DNA from: Octopus vulgaris
Taxonomy: Eukaryota
Direction of reading: 5' to 3'
DNA: 64,000 bases
Assembly: GCA_951406725.2 (NCBI GenBank)
Contig: OX597818.1
Location: forward strand, 47,864,001 to 47,928,000
The notes under the pieces are model-generated. The model ran no database searches and was not told where the DNA came from. It saw nothing but the letters and a program-made list of their open reading frames with translations. This document shows positions 12,880 to 28,553 of the stretch, in pieces. Within the stretch, counting starts at the first letter, position 1; each line of letters begins with the position of its first letter. Both the position numbers and the translations under genes were made by a program.

Positions 12880-15094
12880 ACATACACAAATACAGGATTC
12901 AGTTTTCGTCTACCAAATCCGCTCACAAGTCTTTCGTCGACCTGAGGCTATAGAAGATACAAAGTGTCACGTAGTGGGACTGAACCCGGAACCATGTGGT
13001 TGGGAAGCAAATCTCTTACCACTCAGCCACACATGCGCCTATATTTTATATAAACAGAATCCAAAATGTACAGACGAACTCTCAAAATAATAAACAATGT
13101 AGGGCGTACCAGGTATAAGGGGTATCTAATGAAATTCGACTTGATGAGACTAGAAAAAAGGGTACTTGGAACTGTCCGAAATATTCGAAATAATGAAAGC
13201 AAGACAGTTGTAGATTTTAGAGATTATGCTGGATTAAGGAATAAATTGACGCTTCGCGGAAATATGGAATAAATAACTTAAAGATGAATCTCGAAGTGGA
13301 TATAGCTATAAATAACTGTTTCTTTATTACCCACAAGGGGCTAAACATAGAGGGGACAAACAAGGACAGACAAACGGATTAAGTCGATTATATCGACCCC
13401 AGTGCGTAACTGGTACTTAATTTATCGACCCCTGAAAGGATGAAAGGCAAAGTCGACCTCGGCGGAATTTGAACTCTGAACGTAACGGCAGACGAAATAC
13501 GGCTGCGCATTTCGCCCGGCGTGCTAACGGTTCTGCCAGTTCGCCTCTTATAATATATTGGGTAAAAAATTCTCGATCTTTGTTATTTACCCAGTGGTAT
13601 TTTTAACCCAACATATTACATGCTTTTTACTTGAGGCTAAGGCTAACCGTTAATGCGCTAGGTTAAATTGTAAGCTTTACAAAATGAAGGATCGTTTAGT
13701 AAAGATGAAAGTTCAAACTTGGCTGTAACAAATTTTATTTATTGCTGAGGACAACACGTAAACTCCATCACATAACATGAAAATAAAATATATGAGTCAA
13801 GCTTTTAAAGAGAAAATTTTTTTTATGGAGACTTAGAAACATGGCCATTGTTAGACAATGATGATCCAGATTGCTGTACCGAAGAAGTGTGCCTCCATTT
13901 ATATCGCAGTATGACAAAATTACATTATGGGTCCCAGGGCTGCAGCACACATTGCGCCTATCTTAAGATGGAATTTACAAAAGAATTTTTTCTATCGTAA
14001 TAATCCACTTTTGACAACAGATTCAAATGAAAATATAATTAAAATATATTTTTTGTGCCCACAACAAATACACGCACTGGTTCTATTTCACTTCTTTTAT
14101 TACTATTAGTCGACAAGTTAACCATTCAGTCGTGAATAATGACGAAAGGATTTTGTGAAATCTATCTGTTTGATTGATTGACCGGACGATTAATCAAACA
14201 ATCGATTAGCTAATTGCTTAAATGCTTAACTTATTGACTAATAATTTTTATTTATTTTTTTATGCGCCCTTTTCAAGCCTGGCCAGGCTCATGGGCCCGG
14301 TTTTCCGGTTTCTGTGGCGTAAGTGTTCCCCCCAGCTGGACAGGACGCCAGTCCATCGCAGCGTTACCCAATAAAAAACAGGAAGAAAGAGTGAGAGAAA
14401 GTTGGGGCGAAAGAGTACAACAGGGGTCGCCACCACCCCCTGCCGGAGCCTCGTGGAGCTTTAGGTGTTTCCGCTCAATAAACACACACAACACCCGGTC
14501 TGGGAATCGAAACCGCGATCCTCCGACCGCGTATTGACTAATAATGGTTTCAAATTTTGGCACAAAGCCAGCAAGTTCACATCGACCCCAGTACTCAACT
14601 GGTACTTATCTTATTATCCTCTTTCGGGGGTCAATAGAACTCAGAACTTAAAGACGGACGAAATAGCTATTTCTTTACAAGCCGCAAGGGGCTAAACACA
14701 GAGAGGACAAACAAGGACAGACAAACGGATTAAGTCAATTATATCGACCTCAGTGCGTAACTGGTACTTATTTAATCGACCCCAAAAGGATGAAAAGCAA
14801 AGTCGACCCCTGCGGAATTTGAACTCAGAACGTCAGGACGGACGAAATACCGCTAAGCATTTTGCCCGGCGTGCTAACGATACTGCCAGCTCATTGCCTT
14901 AACTTACTAATTAATAATAATTATGCAGTTGGAATATAACCAGTGTCTATGTTTATTATTGGGCTAGGTGATCCCCTCCGAAATACCAGAAAACCTGTTT
15001 CAACTCACGATTTCACATTAAGAATCCCGCAAAACAAATACAAAGCAGAAATAATTTTTAAAAAATTAAATAGATTGCGATCGGTGTTACTTAC

Positions 15095-15220
15095 CAAAAG
15101 GCCGTAATGATGTTGTGTTGCTGTTTGTGCAGAGTAGGCTGAGGTGGGACACCCTAATAAGTTACATGGTAGGTGCTTTTCTCGTTTCCTCCATTTTGCA
15201 CGTCGGTTTTGGAACCAGAC
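15095..15220 (-). CDS. PRD-class homeobox gene, exon encoding recognition helix 3 and the following residues
   Basis: Acceptor tctttctttaAG|GTC and donor TTG|GTAAGT. Translates VWFQNRRAKWRKREKHLPCNLLGCPTSAYSAQTATQHHYGLL (126 nt, phase 0/0). The intron between homeodomain residues 46 and 47 is the classical PRD-class position. Q50 and A54 are present. Confidence 0.95.
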
Positions 15221-17360
15221 CTTAAAGAAAGACCCCAGTCAATATTTTAAAAGCAACAGCAAAGTGAAAGAGAATTAATCGATTGTAACAGTTAAAATAT
15301 TTTACATAGATACAAACCAAATTTATAGTTCGTTGTTATAATTGTAGAATTCTAAGTTTCAGCAGTAATAAGCATTAAATAGCAAACAAAGAAAAGGTAA
15401 CAGTAAGCAATAAAACACGTAGAAGCATAATAACCATTTACATTTTATCTTTTACGAGTTTTCGTCATTGTGGAGGCGCGTGGTTTAGTGGTTAGAGTGT
15501 CAGCACCATGATCGTAAGATTGTGGTTTCGATTCCGGGTGATGCATTGTGTTCTTGAGCAAAACACTTCATTTCACGTTGCTCCAGTCCACTCAGCTGGT
15601 AAAAATGAGTAACGATGCGAATGGACTGGCGTCCCGTCCAGCTGGGGAACACATACGCCATTGAAACCGGGAAACCGGACCCATGAGCCTGGCTAGGCTT
15701 TAAAAAGGGCGCATTTTTTAAAAATATAATTTTCGTCATTAGGCTGCGGTCATTCTGGGGCACCGCTTTGAAGAACTGTAGTCGGATGAATCGACCATAG
15801 TACTTATTTTTTCTTATGCCAGGTACTTACTCTATGTGACGTAAACATGCCAACACCGGTTGTCAAACGATAGAAAGGGGAGAAACACAGATAAAAAGAC
15901 ACACATACACACTTACTCACACACAGATTGTAACTATTAGTCGTTCTAAGATCTTGGCAGCCACTGAGTTGGCTATGCTTTCCTGTAGAGGTCCAATAAG
16001 ACTGAAATATGTCCTAAGTTTTTACCGTAGTTGACATGAATCTGACATCTCCCATTCCATCTCCGTTTTAAAAATATCTATTGACCGACTGAAATTTTGC
16101 AATTTCTTTCCTTTTCTTCTGAGAATAATTTTCATTAGCATCGATGACTTTTCTGTTCATTAGAATTTTAATCATAATTAATTAAAAATTACGCTCGATT
16201 CACCAAAGTATTATAGCCTGCACTTAACTGTTTATTCAATTTTTTCTCATGCAGATACTTCTGGAAAAATTTGAAAATGTTTCTGTCTAAACAATTCAAC
16301 GAGACGACTTTTAAATCAATAGCCGTAAGCAGTGTGTGTGGTATAATTGGAACGCGTTATGATTTTTAAAACAATTATTTTTTAAAGGAAAGAACGAGGT
16401 ACAAATACATACACTTACACATGTAAACATTGCCAGGCAATATGTGCACACATCGCCTCTTGAACATATATTTTGAGGGCCATCTATCGAATTTGTGTCG
16501 ATTGCTGTAGAATTAAATTGTAATTCAGTGGAATTTTAACGAGACTCTTGTAGTATCAGTTGTATGTAATTCTTATTGGATATTTTTGGCGATGTCTTTA
16601 AATATATGCATACATTCTCTCATTGGTTTCATACATATATACATGTATTCTTGATATATACATATCAACATGCATACATATATATATATATGTACGTCTA
16701 TACACACATACATATACACACGTATATACATATCTATTTGTTTATTGCCCACAGGGGCTAAACATAGAGGGGACAAACAAGGAAAGACAAACGGATTAAG
16801 TCGAGTACATCGACCCCAGTGCGTAACTGGTACTTAATTTATCAACCCCGAAAGGATGAAAGGCAAAGTCGACCTCGGCGGAATTTGACCTCAGAACGTA
16901 ACGGCGGACGAAATACCTATTTCTTTACTACCCACAAGGGGCTAAACACAGAGAGGACAAACAAGGACAGACAAACGGATCAAGTCGATTACATCGACCC
17001 CGAGAGGATGAAAGGCAAAGTCGACCTCGGCGGAATTTGAACTCAGAATGTAGCGGCAGACGAAGTACAGCAAAGCATTTCGCCCGTGTGCTAACGATTC
17101 TGCCAGCTCGCCGCCCTCACACACATACATATCAACATACAAACGTACATATATGCATGCGTGCATACATACGTACATACATACATGTATGCCTGCATAA
17201 TGTAAAAATTGTAAAATTTATTCAACTATATTTTATGAAGTGCAGACATTATCTGTTATAGAGATCCATACGTGGATACACATATTCATTAAATCAAAAG
17301 TTGATAGTCTACTCTGACTTTCCTTCCAAATTGGTATCTATCTATCTATCTATCTATCTA

Positions 17361-17418
<58 letters not shown>

Positions 17419-17435
17419 GATCGATCGATCGATCG

Positions 17436-17479
<44 letters not shown>

Positions 17480-17532
17480 GTTTGTCTGTCTGTCTGTCTG
17501 TCTGACTGTCTGTCTGTCTGCCTGCCTGCCTG

Positions 17533-17569
<37 letters not shown>

Positions 17570-20500
17570 ACACATACATATGTGTATATATGTATATATA
17601 CATATATATATGTATGTATACACACACACGCACACATAAATATGTACATGTGCATATATGTGTGTGTGTGGGTATGTATATATAACTATATAACTTGTGG
17701 GTGACTGTGTGGTTGTGAGAGAGATTTTGTGCACACATATAGAAGTATATTGAACCTAAATAGCTATTATTATGCATTACATTATAATCCATGTTATTTA
17801 TTGCGTGGTATATGACTACTACGCCCTCTGCTTGGAAAAAAAAACGAAAGAAAAAGAAACACAAAAGAACAGACTTTATTATATTTTATTGATATTATCC
17901 TCTGTATTTAAGAATCAAATGCAATCTATTATGATATAAAAAGATCGTATTCTCTTATAGATGCATTTTTTTCTGTTTAGGGTGTAATTTAAATGAATTG
18001 CATAAATCCTAGTCTGGTCTCAGTGTTTTCAGATAACTCGGCTAACATTTAATGAAGGAAAATATCTCTTCATCCTGTTTGCTGCTGGCTCTGATTGCCA
18101 TTTTAATTATCATTTAATCAGTAACCAATTTTAAAATCATTTAATTATATTTTCTCTATGAAAAATTTGTTTGGTTTGCTAATTTATGCCGTCAGCTCCA
18201 GTCCGGAAAGACGAAGTAGCAACAATGGAGAATCGAGGGAAGTATATTGTTAGACAATTTGCTGACGGCGGAAAAACTATTGACGCAACATGGTCATCCT
18301 TCAACGGATATGCCTTGTTGAAAAGACGTGTCTTTGCTAGAGCTTCGCAGTTTCTGATTAAAGAGCCTTTCTCTAATAGAATAATGTCACCGATATGAAT
18401 AACTACAATTTCTCATTTGGCCATATTTTTTCTTTTTCCTTGTCATTAACGAATACGTTATGACAAAAATAGTATCTGTACGCATGTATAAACGTGTATG
18501 AGTACGTGAGGAAATGAGAAAGAGAATGGAAGGAAGAGAGATTTGAGAAAGGCTAGCTAGAAGATCTATATTAACAGATCTATACAAACAGCAGAAAACA
18601 GCATTTGATATGACATCTTGTCACCTCATTTAAAGAATAAAAACTCGAAGGAGATGATAATTAAATTACTGTAAAGGATAATAATTTACAGGAGGAAAGA
18701 AATTGAAGTGTTAATAAGGGATTGCAGAAAAGAAATTAAATTTAAAAAATGCTTTGTCCGTAGACAGGAAGAGAAGAGCGGGCGCTGGGAGGACGTATAG
18801 GAGAGAAAAACGATGTTGGAAATGGCGGTTTGTGTGGGAAAAAAAAAATACCGTCACTAATAGCAGAGCATTTCTTTGACTTTCCGGCGAAAATCTCTTT
18901 AACTTAAAGCTAGAAATATCAACTTAAAGGAGTGAAGAGTAGTAGTTCTGGCTTGATATCCATTTCTCAATTCTTTTTTATTCTTTTCCTGTTACTTGTT
19001 ACCACTTTTAATGGTTGCCATCTTTTCACTCGCCATTTTGCTAAACAACTATGGCTTGCCTTGCTTAATAAATTTACTTTAGCTTTAATTAAAGAAAACA
19101 CCTTCATGCCATAGCTTTTGTTTGGCAGAGAGTGATTTATTAGTATTTTTAACTGCTAAATCAAATAGGCAGTGCATGTCTGCTACAGATACAGATTTAA
19201 GAAGTATCTGATTTTGTTTGAAAGCAAAGCTACCTTTATTCCGATCGACTCTTCGATAAAGATTAAACATCCTCGAACTTTTTTCCTCAAATATACATAA
19301 CTAATAACATAAGCAATTAACAAAAGGCATTAGCTCATTCATTGATGTGGAAGACTGATCTTTGATATTATTCAACCATAATGCTTGTATCTGTGCCGTG
19401 ACTTCCGTGAATTGATAAATTTGAAGATGTATTTTCTTTTGTGTTGTTTGGTCATTCAAACTGACGTATCATTTTTTTAAATTCGGGAGCCATTTTTGAT
19501 GTACTCATTTTTCAGATACTTTGAGTACATGTTATAAAAATTAGTATTTTTTTTTAAATACAAAGTATATTCATTTTAATACCTATTTCTTTATTACCCA
19601 CAAGGGATTAAACATAGAGGTGATAAACATGGACAGACATAGGTATTAAGTCATTGTATCGACCCCAGTGCATGACTGGTACTTAATTTATCGACCCCAA
19701 AAGGATGAAAAGCAAAGTCGATCTCAGCGGAATTTGAACTCAGAACGTAGCGGCAGACGAAATATTTCGCCCGACGTGCTAACGTATCTGTCTGTCCGCC
19801 GCCTATATTTTAATGCTTATTTCTTTACTACCCACAAGGGGCTGAACACAGAGAGGACAAACAAGGACAGACAAACGAATTAAGTCGATTATATTGACCC
19901 CAGTGCGTAACTGGTACTTATTTAATCGACCCCGAAAGGATGAAAGGCAAAATCGACCTCGGCGGAATTTGAACTCAGAACGTAGCGGCAGACGAAATAC
20001 GACTCTGCATTTCGCCCGGCGTGCTAACAATTCTGCCAGCTCGCCGCCTTATATATTTTAATATACCGTTAAGTGGGTTTTATCAATATTCACAATCTTG
20101 TGCGGTCAACAGCCATACCACATATGAAGCCAAATATTCTTTATTGGATTAGTCTTGTGAGAGGCAGTGTCATGGTCTTCGAAGGATCACCAAGATCAAT
20201 GAGATCGTTGTGGTTAAACACCTTATTAAACACTTGCATATGGGTGGTTGCAGCAAATACATATGCAAGCAAGAGGAGGAATTCTAAGGGAATGAAAGCT
20301 CTGCTGTGGAAGAAATGATGGTTATTGCTGGAACCGGGAATACTGACTCAATACGGGTGACAAAAGAAGGAGATACGAGTAAGTGTCTGAATGGAGGGGC
20401 AAAAAAAAAATCAACCAACAACGAGTGGTAGAGTTCCAGAAAATCAAAAAACGGTCTTAATAGCATTAAAAAAACCCCCAAAAAACTCGAGCACTTCCAG

Positions 20501-21534
20501 CTTCGAATTTGAATTACTCTTTACTCTTTTACTTGTTTCAGTCATTTGACTGTGGCCATGCTAGAGCACCGCCTTTAATCGAGCAAATCGACCCCAGGAC
20601 TTATTCTTTGTAAGCCTAGTACTTATTCTATCGGTCTCTTTGCCGAACCGCTAAGTTACGTAAACACATCAGCATCGGTTGTCAAGCGATGTTGGAGGGG
20701 ACAAACACAGACACACAAACGTATACACACACACACACACACACACACACATACGACGGGCTTCTTTCAGTTTCCGTCTACCAAATCAACTCACAAGGCT
20801 TTGGTCGGCCCGAGGCTATAGCAGAAGACACTTGCCCATGGTGCCGCGCAGTTGGACTGAATGCGAAACCATGTGGTTGGTAAACAAGCTACTTACCACA
20901 GAGCATTTAATTGACTCTAAATTTTTGCTGTTTGATGCAGCTGTAGTATTTTTTCCTGTTTTAGTGTACTATTTTGACTGATAAATGTATATAGTAAGTG
21001 CGTTACAATTTTTGTTGAAAATACACAGTTCAAGCGATTAAGCGTCGTTAACTTGACTTCATGAATTTAACATCAATTCAATGCCTCGTGAAAAGATTAT
21101 CGTCTGGTAAAAAAAAACAACAACAACAACAACAATCTATTATTTCCCGATACACTATTTTTTTCGCTGAAGTTCTGCTTAAATATTGATGCAATGAAGA
21201 TATATAGTTTTAATGCAATATAAACTTATACTAATTTAAAATAATATATATATACTGTGATTAAGATGTATCTAGGTAGAATCAATTCTCTTATCAAAGA
21301 ATATTACTTTGACATAATGACTTTCTCGCTGGATGTTATACTATCCTGGTATTTTCAAAATAATACATTGTACGCGTAGGAGGGGCTGTGTGGTAAGTAG
21401 CTTGCATTCCAACCACATGGTTCCGAGTTCAGTCCCACTAAGTGGCACCTTGGACAAGTGTCTTCTACTATAGCCTCGGGTCGACCAAAGCCTCGTGAGT
21501 GGATTTGGTTGACGGAAACTGAAAGAAGCCTATC

Positions 21535-21582
<48 letters not shown>

Positions 21583-21777
21583 ATATGTTTGTGTGTGTGT
21601 ATATGTTTGTGTGTCTATGTTTGTCCCCCGCCCCCAACACCGCTTGACAACAAGTAAAAGAGTAAAAGAGTCAACAAAAAGCTAATGCAAGCTATACTGG
21701 AGTAATGTTCGCATATCTGGAGCGCTACTGTTTGAATGCCAAAATAACAACTAGTTATATTAAAAGGCACCACTCGA

Positions 21778-21845
<68 letters not shown>

Positions 21846-22104
21846 TAATGACCTCTGCCGGTTCCAGTCATTTCTCCATCTCGTGTCACCTTTGTTGTGT
21901 CTAGCCCATCCTCGCCACCCCTCCCTTAACCACTATAACCGCGATCTCCTGTTCCCTGTCCTTTCTTCCCAGAGATTCGATTCTTAGGAATCTTCTCCTG
22001 TTTGTGTCTTTCCTGCAGATATTAACCCGCAAAGGGTCATGGATATTGCCCCTTTCTCCACACTAAGCAAGTTGAAATACACACACAATTTAACAGATAC
22101 ATAC

Positions 22105-22146
<42 letters not shown>

Positions 22147-22644
22147 GTATGTATGTATGTATGTATGTATGTATGTATGTATGAATGATACCAGGGGAAA
22201 GTTACGACAAATTCATGGAGGGCTTCGCAAAGAACGTAAAACTGGCGAAATGGTATTGGCTACATGGAAGCCCACCTATCATAATGGACTATGAGAGACT
22301 AAAAAGAAAAATTCAATTGTAATTTTTGTGAAATTCATTAATGAAAAAATTAAAAAAAATTGTCGAAATGTAACCACTCGACTTCGGGGTTCGAGTGGGC
22401 ATTACGTCTCATTTATATCTTTTCATATTTTCATTCGTATTTTAAAAGATTTTTTCGTCTTAGTTTATCTTCTTTTTGAATTTTAAGTTCCCCGAGTTTA
22501 TGTTTGTATTGTTTTGTATTGTCCCATTCTGTGTATAGCCTCTTGTGGGTAATAAAAAAATGTATGTATGTATGTATGTATGTATGTATGTATGTATGTA
22601 TGTATGTATGTATGTATGTATGTATGTATGTATGTATGTATGTG

Positions 22645-22858
22645 TAATTCGGCAGGAGGACTTAAACGATATGCAAAGGTACACGAAGCCCAGTTACAAC
22701 TACAGCCAGCTATTACTGGTAAAGGTTTTAGTTGCCAATTCTGTACAAGACATTGTAGATCTTTAGCTGGGCTAAAAAGCCACATTCGATCACAGCACCA
22801 GTAACAGTTAAGCTTCGTGCAATGGCCATACTCGATAACGAGTGGGCAGTCATAAAAA
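22645..22858 (+). mobile_element. RTE-like LINE 3' end with a C2H2 finger, embedded in (TATG)n
   Basis: ...[24 protein letters not shown] stop, followed by a short 3' UTR and TATG repeats. Confidence 0.6.
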
Positions 22859-23097
22859 TGTATGTATGTATGCATACATGCATGTATGTATGTATGTATG
22901 TATGTATGTATGTATGTATGTATGTATGTATGTATGTATGTATGTATGTATGTATGTATGTATGTATGTATGTATGTATGTATGTATGTATGTATGTATG
23001 TATGTATGTATGTATGTATGTAGGTACGCAAACACGTATTTATCTACATATGTGTACAAACAGCGCGTAAATTTTGTATGGAAAATTTGAACTTCTT

Positions 23098-23436
23098 GAC
23101 CTGTCATATGGATGCATTGTGCAAAAAAACTCACATATTTATATCGCTGGCAGACAAGAACCGTCTGCTATGGGCACGGGAGCTGCTAGATCAAATTAAA
23201 TAATTATATTTTATTTAGCCTGTTGACTATTTGTGACATCAGTGTTTGAATGGGTACTGAAATTACATATATTACTGGCAGCAAGATCTGGCGACTACCA
23301 GACGTCTTACACTGAGGAGACGGAGCACGTCGAAATCCGGTGATCTGGCAGCTTCGGCGCCTGTAGCAGACGATTCTTGTCTGCCAGCGGTATAAATATG
23401 TGTACTTTTTTGCACCAAGCGTCCATATGAGAGGTC
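23098..23436. mobile_element. MITE / fold-back element with TIRs of about 100 bp
   Basis: CACATATTTATATCGCTGGCAGACAAGAA... is inverted as ...TTCTTGTCTGCCAGCGGTATAAATATGTG. Confidence 0.75.
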
Positions 23437-25238
23437 ATCTCAAGGCTAATAACGCAGTATTCGGCTCTCTAACAATACGTCCATGTTAATAAGTTAGATA
23501 TAAAGATTGCTTTTTGTTATTAGGAACTGCTTCTGTCCCTAACAATTATGTATGTACGTACATACATACATATATTCTATTTTTTTTTACTCTAGACACA
23601 AGGCCCGAAATTTTTGGGGAGGGGGCCAGTTGATTAGATCGACACCAGTACGCAACTGGTACTTAATTTATCGACCCCGAAAGGATGAAAGGCAAAGTCG
23701 ACCTCAGCGGAATTTGAACTCAGAACGTGAAGACAGACGAAATACCGCTAAGCATTTCGCTCGGCGTGCTAACGTTTCTTATTTGTTTATTGCCCACAAG
23801 GGGCTAAACATAGAGGGAACAAACAAGGACAGACAAACGGATTAAGTCGATTACATCGATCCCAGTGCGTAACTGGTACTTATTTAATCAACCCCGAAAG
23901 GATGAAAGGCAAAGTCGACCTCACCGGAATTTGAACTCAGAACGTAGACAGACGAAATACTGCTAAGCATTTCGCCCGGCGTGCTAACGTTTTTGCCAAC
24001 TCGCCGCCTTATAACATACTTTCATATTGTATGACCAATGTAACAGTTGGATTCGGAAGTTTAGAACTTTCACGCTTACATGCTCCCGGCTTATTATTAT
24101 CGTTGTAATTCTCAATTTCATTGTACTGTTTTAGTGTATTAGCGTTGGTTTATAGTTTTGTATAATGAATTTCGTTTCCTGCTTTACGAGATTTTTCGAT
24201 AAAGCGTAATCTTTTTAATTCTAATAACATAGAATGCATTTAATTCAAATGATACACTTTATGTGTGGTTTGTGTATTTGATGTGCTTTGTTAGATTATA
24301 TTTGTGTCCGTATGGCTTCGTCTATTAGTTTGTTTCAATTCTCTCTGCTGATTAGTTTAGCGTCTGTTTTGTTCGGCAGATTTTTTATTATTATCTTGGG
24401 CTTCTTTTCAGAAGAATCTAAATACTTTGCTAAGAAGGAAAGTTTCCATCGACATATGGTATAAAATTAATACTCGATTCCACTTAATTCTTTATAATCG
24501 CTGAGAAAAACAAATTATGTAATCTGAACATACTAATTCACATCGTAGGTGATAAGTTACTAACATTCCAGTACATTATCAACGGTAAAGCATAGTTTTT
24601 TTTGTTACATATGTGTGGGTTATATAATAACACAAGATTCGTTTTGTGATATTTTATTTAAAAATAAGGGAAGAAAATGTCGATTCGCAGCAACAGGAAA
24701 TAATTGCTTCGAATTTGGACACAAGATGAGTAACTTTGAAGGGAAGGGCGTAAGTTGATTAAATCGACCTCTGCGGAATTCGGACTCAGAAAGTAAAGAC
24801 GGACGAAAATGCTGATAAACATTTTGTCCGGCGTGCTAACGATTCTCGTAACTGGCCACTTTTATAAGTCGATTAAATCGACCCTAGTACTGACTGATAC
24901 TAATTTATGGACCCCGGAGGGATGAAAGGTAAAGCTGAACTCAGTGATTTTGAACACAAAATAGAGTAGGAAATATATCTTATTTGTTAAAATACTAATG
25001 AATTATCATAAACAGATTTATTCCTTTACTCTTTTACTCTTTTACTTGTTTCAGTCATTTGACTGAGGCCATGCTGGAGCACCGCCTTTAGTCGAGCAAA
25101 TCGTCCTCAGGACTTATTCTTTGTAAGCCTAGTACTTATTCTGTCGGTTGTTTTTTGGCGAACCGGCAAGTTACGGGGACGTAAACACACCAGAATCAGT
25201 TGTCAAGCAATGTTGGGGGGACAAACACAGACACACAA

Positions 25239-25305
<67 letters not shown>

Positions 25306-26244
25306 CATATACATATATACGACGGGCTTCTTTCAGTTTCCGTCTACCAAATGCACTCACAAGGCTTTGGTCGGCCTGAGGCTATAGTAGAAGACACTTG
25401 CCCAAGGTGCCACGCAGTGGGACTGAACCCGGAACCACACAGCCAGTCCTGCGCCTATTTGTTCATTGTCAAATGATATTTTCAATTGCTCTGCAGCAAT
25501 TTCTATTTCGTTTGTTCAAGTATTCAGGTTTTAATCCATTTCTGATACAAACTAAACAAGTGATAAGTATGTAGTTTACACAAATATGAAGTCTTAAGTA
25601 TATCTATGACACCCAGTGCACAAATAATGTGGTCTTTGTCTGCGATTTCTTGCTTCTGTTGAGTCCAACAAAAAATCAGGCATAACAACTCTGAGAATTT
25701 CACAGAATCGTTTTACATTTGACATATTAAGCCTAATATGGAGGCCCAATGGCCCAGTGGTTAGGGCAGCGGACTCGCGGTCATAGGATCGCGGTTTCGA
25801 TTCCCAGACCGGGCGTTGTGAGTGTTTATTGAGCGAAAACACCTAAAAGTTCCACGAGGCTCCGGCAGGGGATGGTGGTGATCCCTGCTGTACTCTTTCA
25901 CCACAACTTTCTCTCACTCTTACTTCCAGTTTCTGTTGTACCTGTATTTCAAAGGGCCGGTCTTGTCACTCTCTGTGTCACGCTGAATATCCCCGAGACT
26001 ACGTCAAGGGTACACGTGTCTGTGGAGTGCTCAGCCACTTACATGTTAATTTCACGAGCAGGCTGTTCCGTTGATTCGGATCAACCGGAACCCTCGTCGT
26101 CGTAACCGACGGAATGCTTCCATCCACATTAAGCCTAACATCTGTTGTTGAGATGTATTGAGTTCTTACTCATCGACATCACTGGCACCATTACTATAGA
26201 CTGATCTGGCATTATCTTTTATGAAAGAAGCAACCCGCAACCAG

Positions 26245-26352
26245 CAAAACTGAGAAAAATATCGCAGATGTGCGTGCAGAGTGAGGGAAAATCGTCGAAT
26301 CACCATCCGTGAGTTATCAGAGGATGTGCAGATTAGTTATGGTTCGGTTCAA
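26245..26352 (+). mobile_element. Mariner transposase HTH remnant
   Basis: RENRRITIRELSEDVQISYGSVQS resembles the second HTH of mariner transposases. Confidence 0.6.
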
Positions 26353-26426
26353 TCCAAGTTACGGGGACGTAAACACACCAGCATCGGTTGTCAAGCGATT
26401 TTAGGGGGACAAACAGAGACACACAA

Positions 26427-26501
<75 letters not shown>

Positions 26502-26668
26502 GGGAGGATTCACGAAAAAAAAAATGGCGAAGACAGGTGGTGTAGAAAACAAACAGATGTATTAGTATAACGCTCGGGAATTGAAAAAGTCTTTAACGTT
26601 TCGAGCCTACGCTTTTCTACAGAAAGGAACACAGAAAGAAACAGGGATATATATATATATATACATAA

Positions 26669-26707
<39 letters not shown>

Positions 26708-27302
26708 CATATATACATATATACGACGGGCTTCTTTCAGTTTCTGTCTACCAAATCCACTCACAAGGCTTTGTTCGGCCCGAGGCTATAGTAGAAGACA
26801 CTTGCCCGGGGTGCCACGCAGTGAGACTGAACTCGGAACCATGTAGTTGGAAAGCAAGCTACTTACCACACAGCCACTCCTGCGCCTATTGCGTACGTAT
26901 GCGTATGTATGTATGTATGTATGTATGTATGTATGTATGTATGTATGTATGTATGTATGTATGTGTGTATGTATGTATGTATGTGTGTATGTATGTATGT
27001 ATGTGTATACCAGCATGACTATCATTTGGTTCATAGTGTTTGATATGTTTTACTATCTTTTGATAGTCTTCGGTTAGTCGACTTTACTCACATTCATTCA
27101 CCTAGTAAACGACTGTCTCATACACTTTCGATTACTCATGATAATGACTAAGATCATGGTGGGATGGGGTGAGGGGTGAGAGAAATTCAACTGAATCAAA
27201 ATGGCAGTCCAATGTAGTCGTTAAAGAAAACAAATTGTCGGCCATTCACCGCTTGATTCAAAGCTTTTTACAAATTTTAACTACAAGTCTTAAAGTCAAT
27301 TT

Positions 27303-27347
<45 letters not shown>

Positions 27348-27431
27348 AACAAACAAACACACTCTCTTACAGTATTTATATTTGGTATTATTATCTCTCT
27401 AGCTCTCAGCCTGTTTATCTGTTTTCCCACT

Positions 27432-27502
<71 letters not shown>

Positions 27503-27800
27503 CTGTGTATCATACCATCTTACAAAAGAAAGCTCCAGCGGTTGATCTAACAACTGGTATTAACAGTAAAATATCCTTCAAATTGCATACAGTATAGCCT
27601 TAGAAAAGGAACGACACACTGGATAATGTAGTCTCTGATGAACAAAAATGGATAGTCGCTGTTGGAACACGTTTTATCATGGGTCTACTAACACTGACTT
27701 AACCTTGGGCTGCAGAACAACAGCCTAAAGTAATTTTACCCGGTGACAAACAGTAGAGACTCTAAGCATTCGTTGGAATTGCTTGACAGAAGAGCCAGAT

Positions 27801-28553
27801 CGGTCAATATGAAGACCTTCAGCCCGCGGGGTGGGGGGAACCCAGCCTGGTGGGTACAAAGAAGTGTGTGGAAAACGAATATGAAAAAAAAAAAAAAACG
27901 CGCGCTGACGACCCTGGGGGTGTGGGGAGGCGACTTTCGGAAAATTCACAAGATTCGATTTTTCCGTCATAACTTCGGGTAAAATGGATATATATTGATT
28001 TTTTTTACGGATCCCACGTTTTTGGTTATGGGGGAACCGATTCGATTCTGAAAAAAGAATTTTCAAAACTTGCATTTTCAAAATTTCACTCCCCCCCCCC
28101 CCCTTTCACGTTTCACTTTTGCGGGAATTTTTTTTTTATGCGAAATACGTAGAAAAATACGAAGATTACAATTCTAAAAAAAATTTTTCAACAAGAAAAA
28201 AAAAAAAAAAAAGAATACCTACCCTCAGGCCTTCAAGCGGGCTGTCCACATACAAGAAATAACAGCCAAATCTCAGAAAAATGCGATAAAACTTTTTAAA
28301 TAATTTTTCAGAATTGGATCCTCCATATCCACAAACGTGGGATTCCGTAAAAAAAAAAATCATTATATATCCATTTTACCCGAATTTATGATGGAAAAAT
28401 CGGATCTTGTGGATTTTCCGAAAGTCCCCTCTCCACCCACCAGTTCGTCAGCGCGCATTGTTTTTTTCATATTCGTTTTCCACACACTTCTTTGTACCCC
28501 ACAGGCTAGTTTATTTATTTTTTGTTCCCGGGTGAAGGTATTTATATTGACCG
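27801..28553. mobile_element. Non-autonomous fold-back DNA element with TIRs of about 220 bp
   Basis: 27801-28020 and 28335-28553 are inverted copies (CGGTCAATAT...GGGTACAAAGAAGTGTGTGGAAAACGAATATG). Confidence 0.8.

Noticed and set aside
18186-18398. 70-aa plus-strand ORF in unique sequence
   Set aside because: No recognisable domain or splice context, and the antisense frame is equally open.
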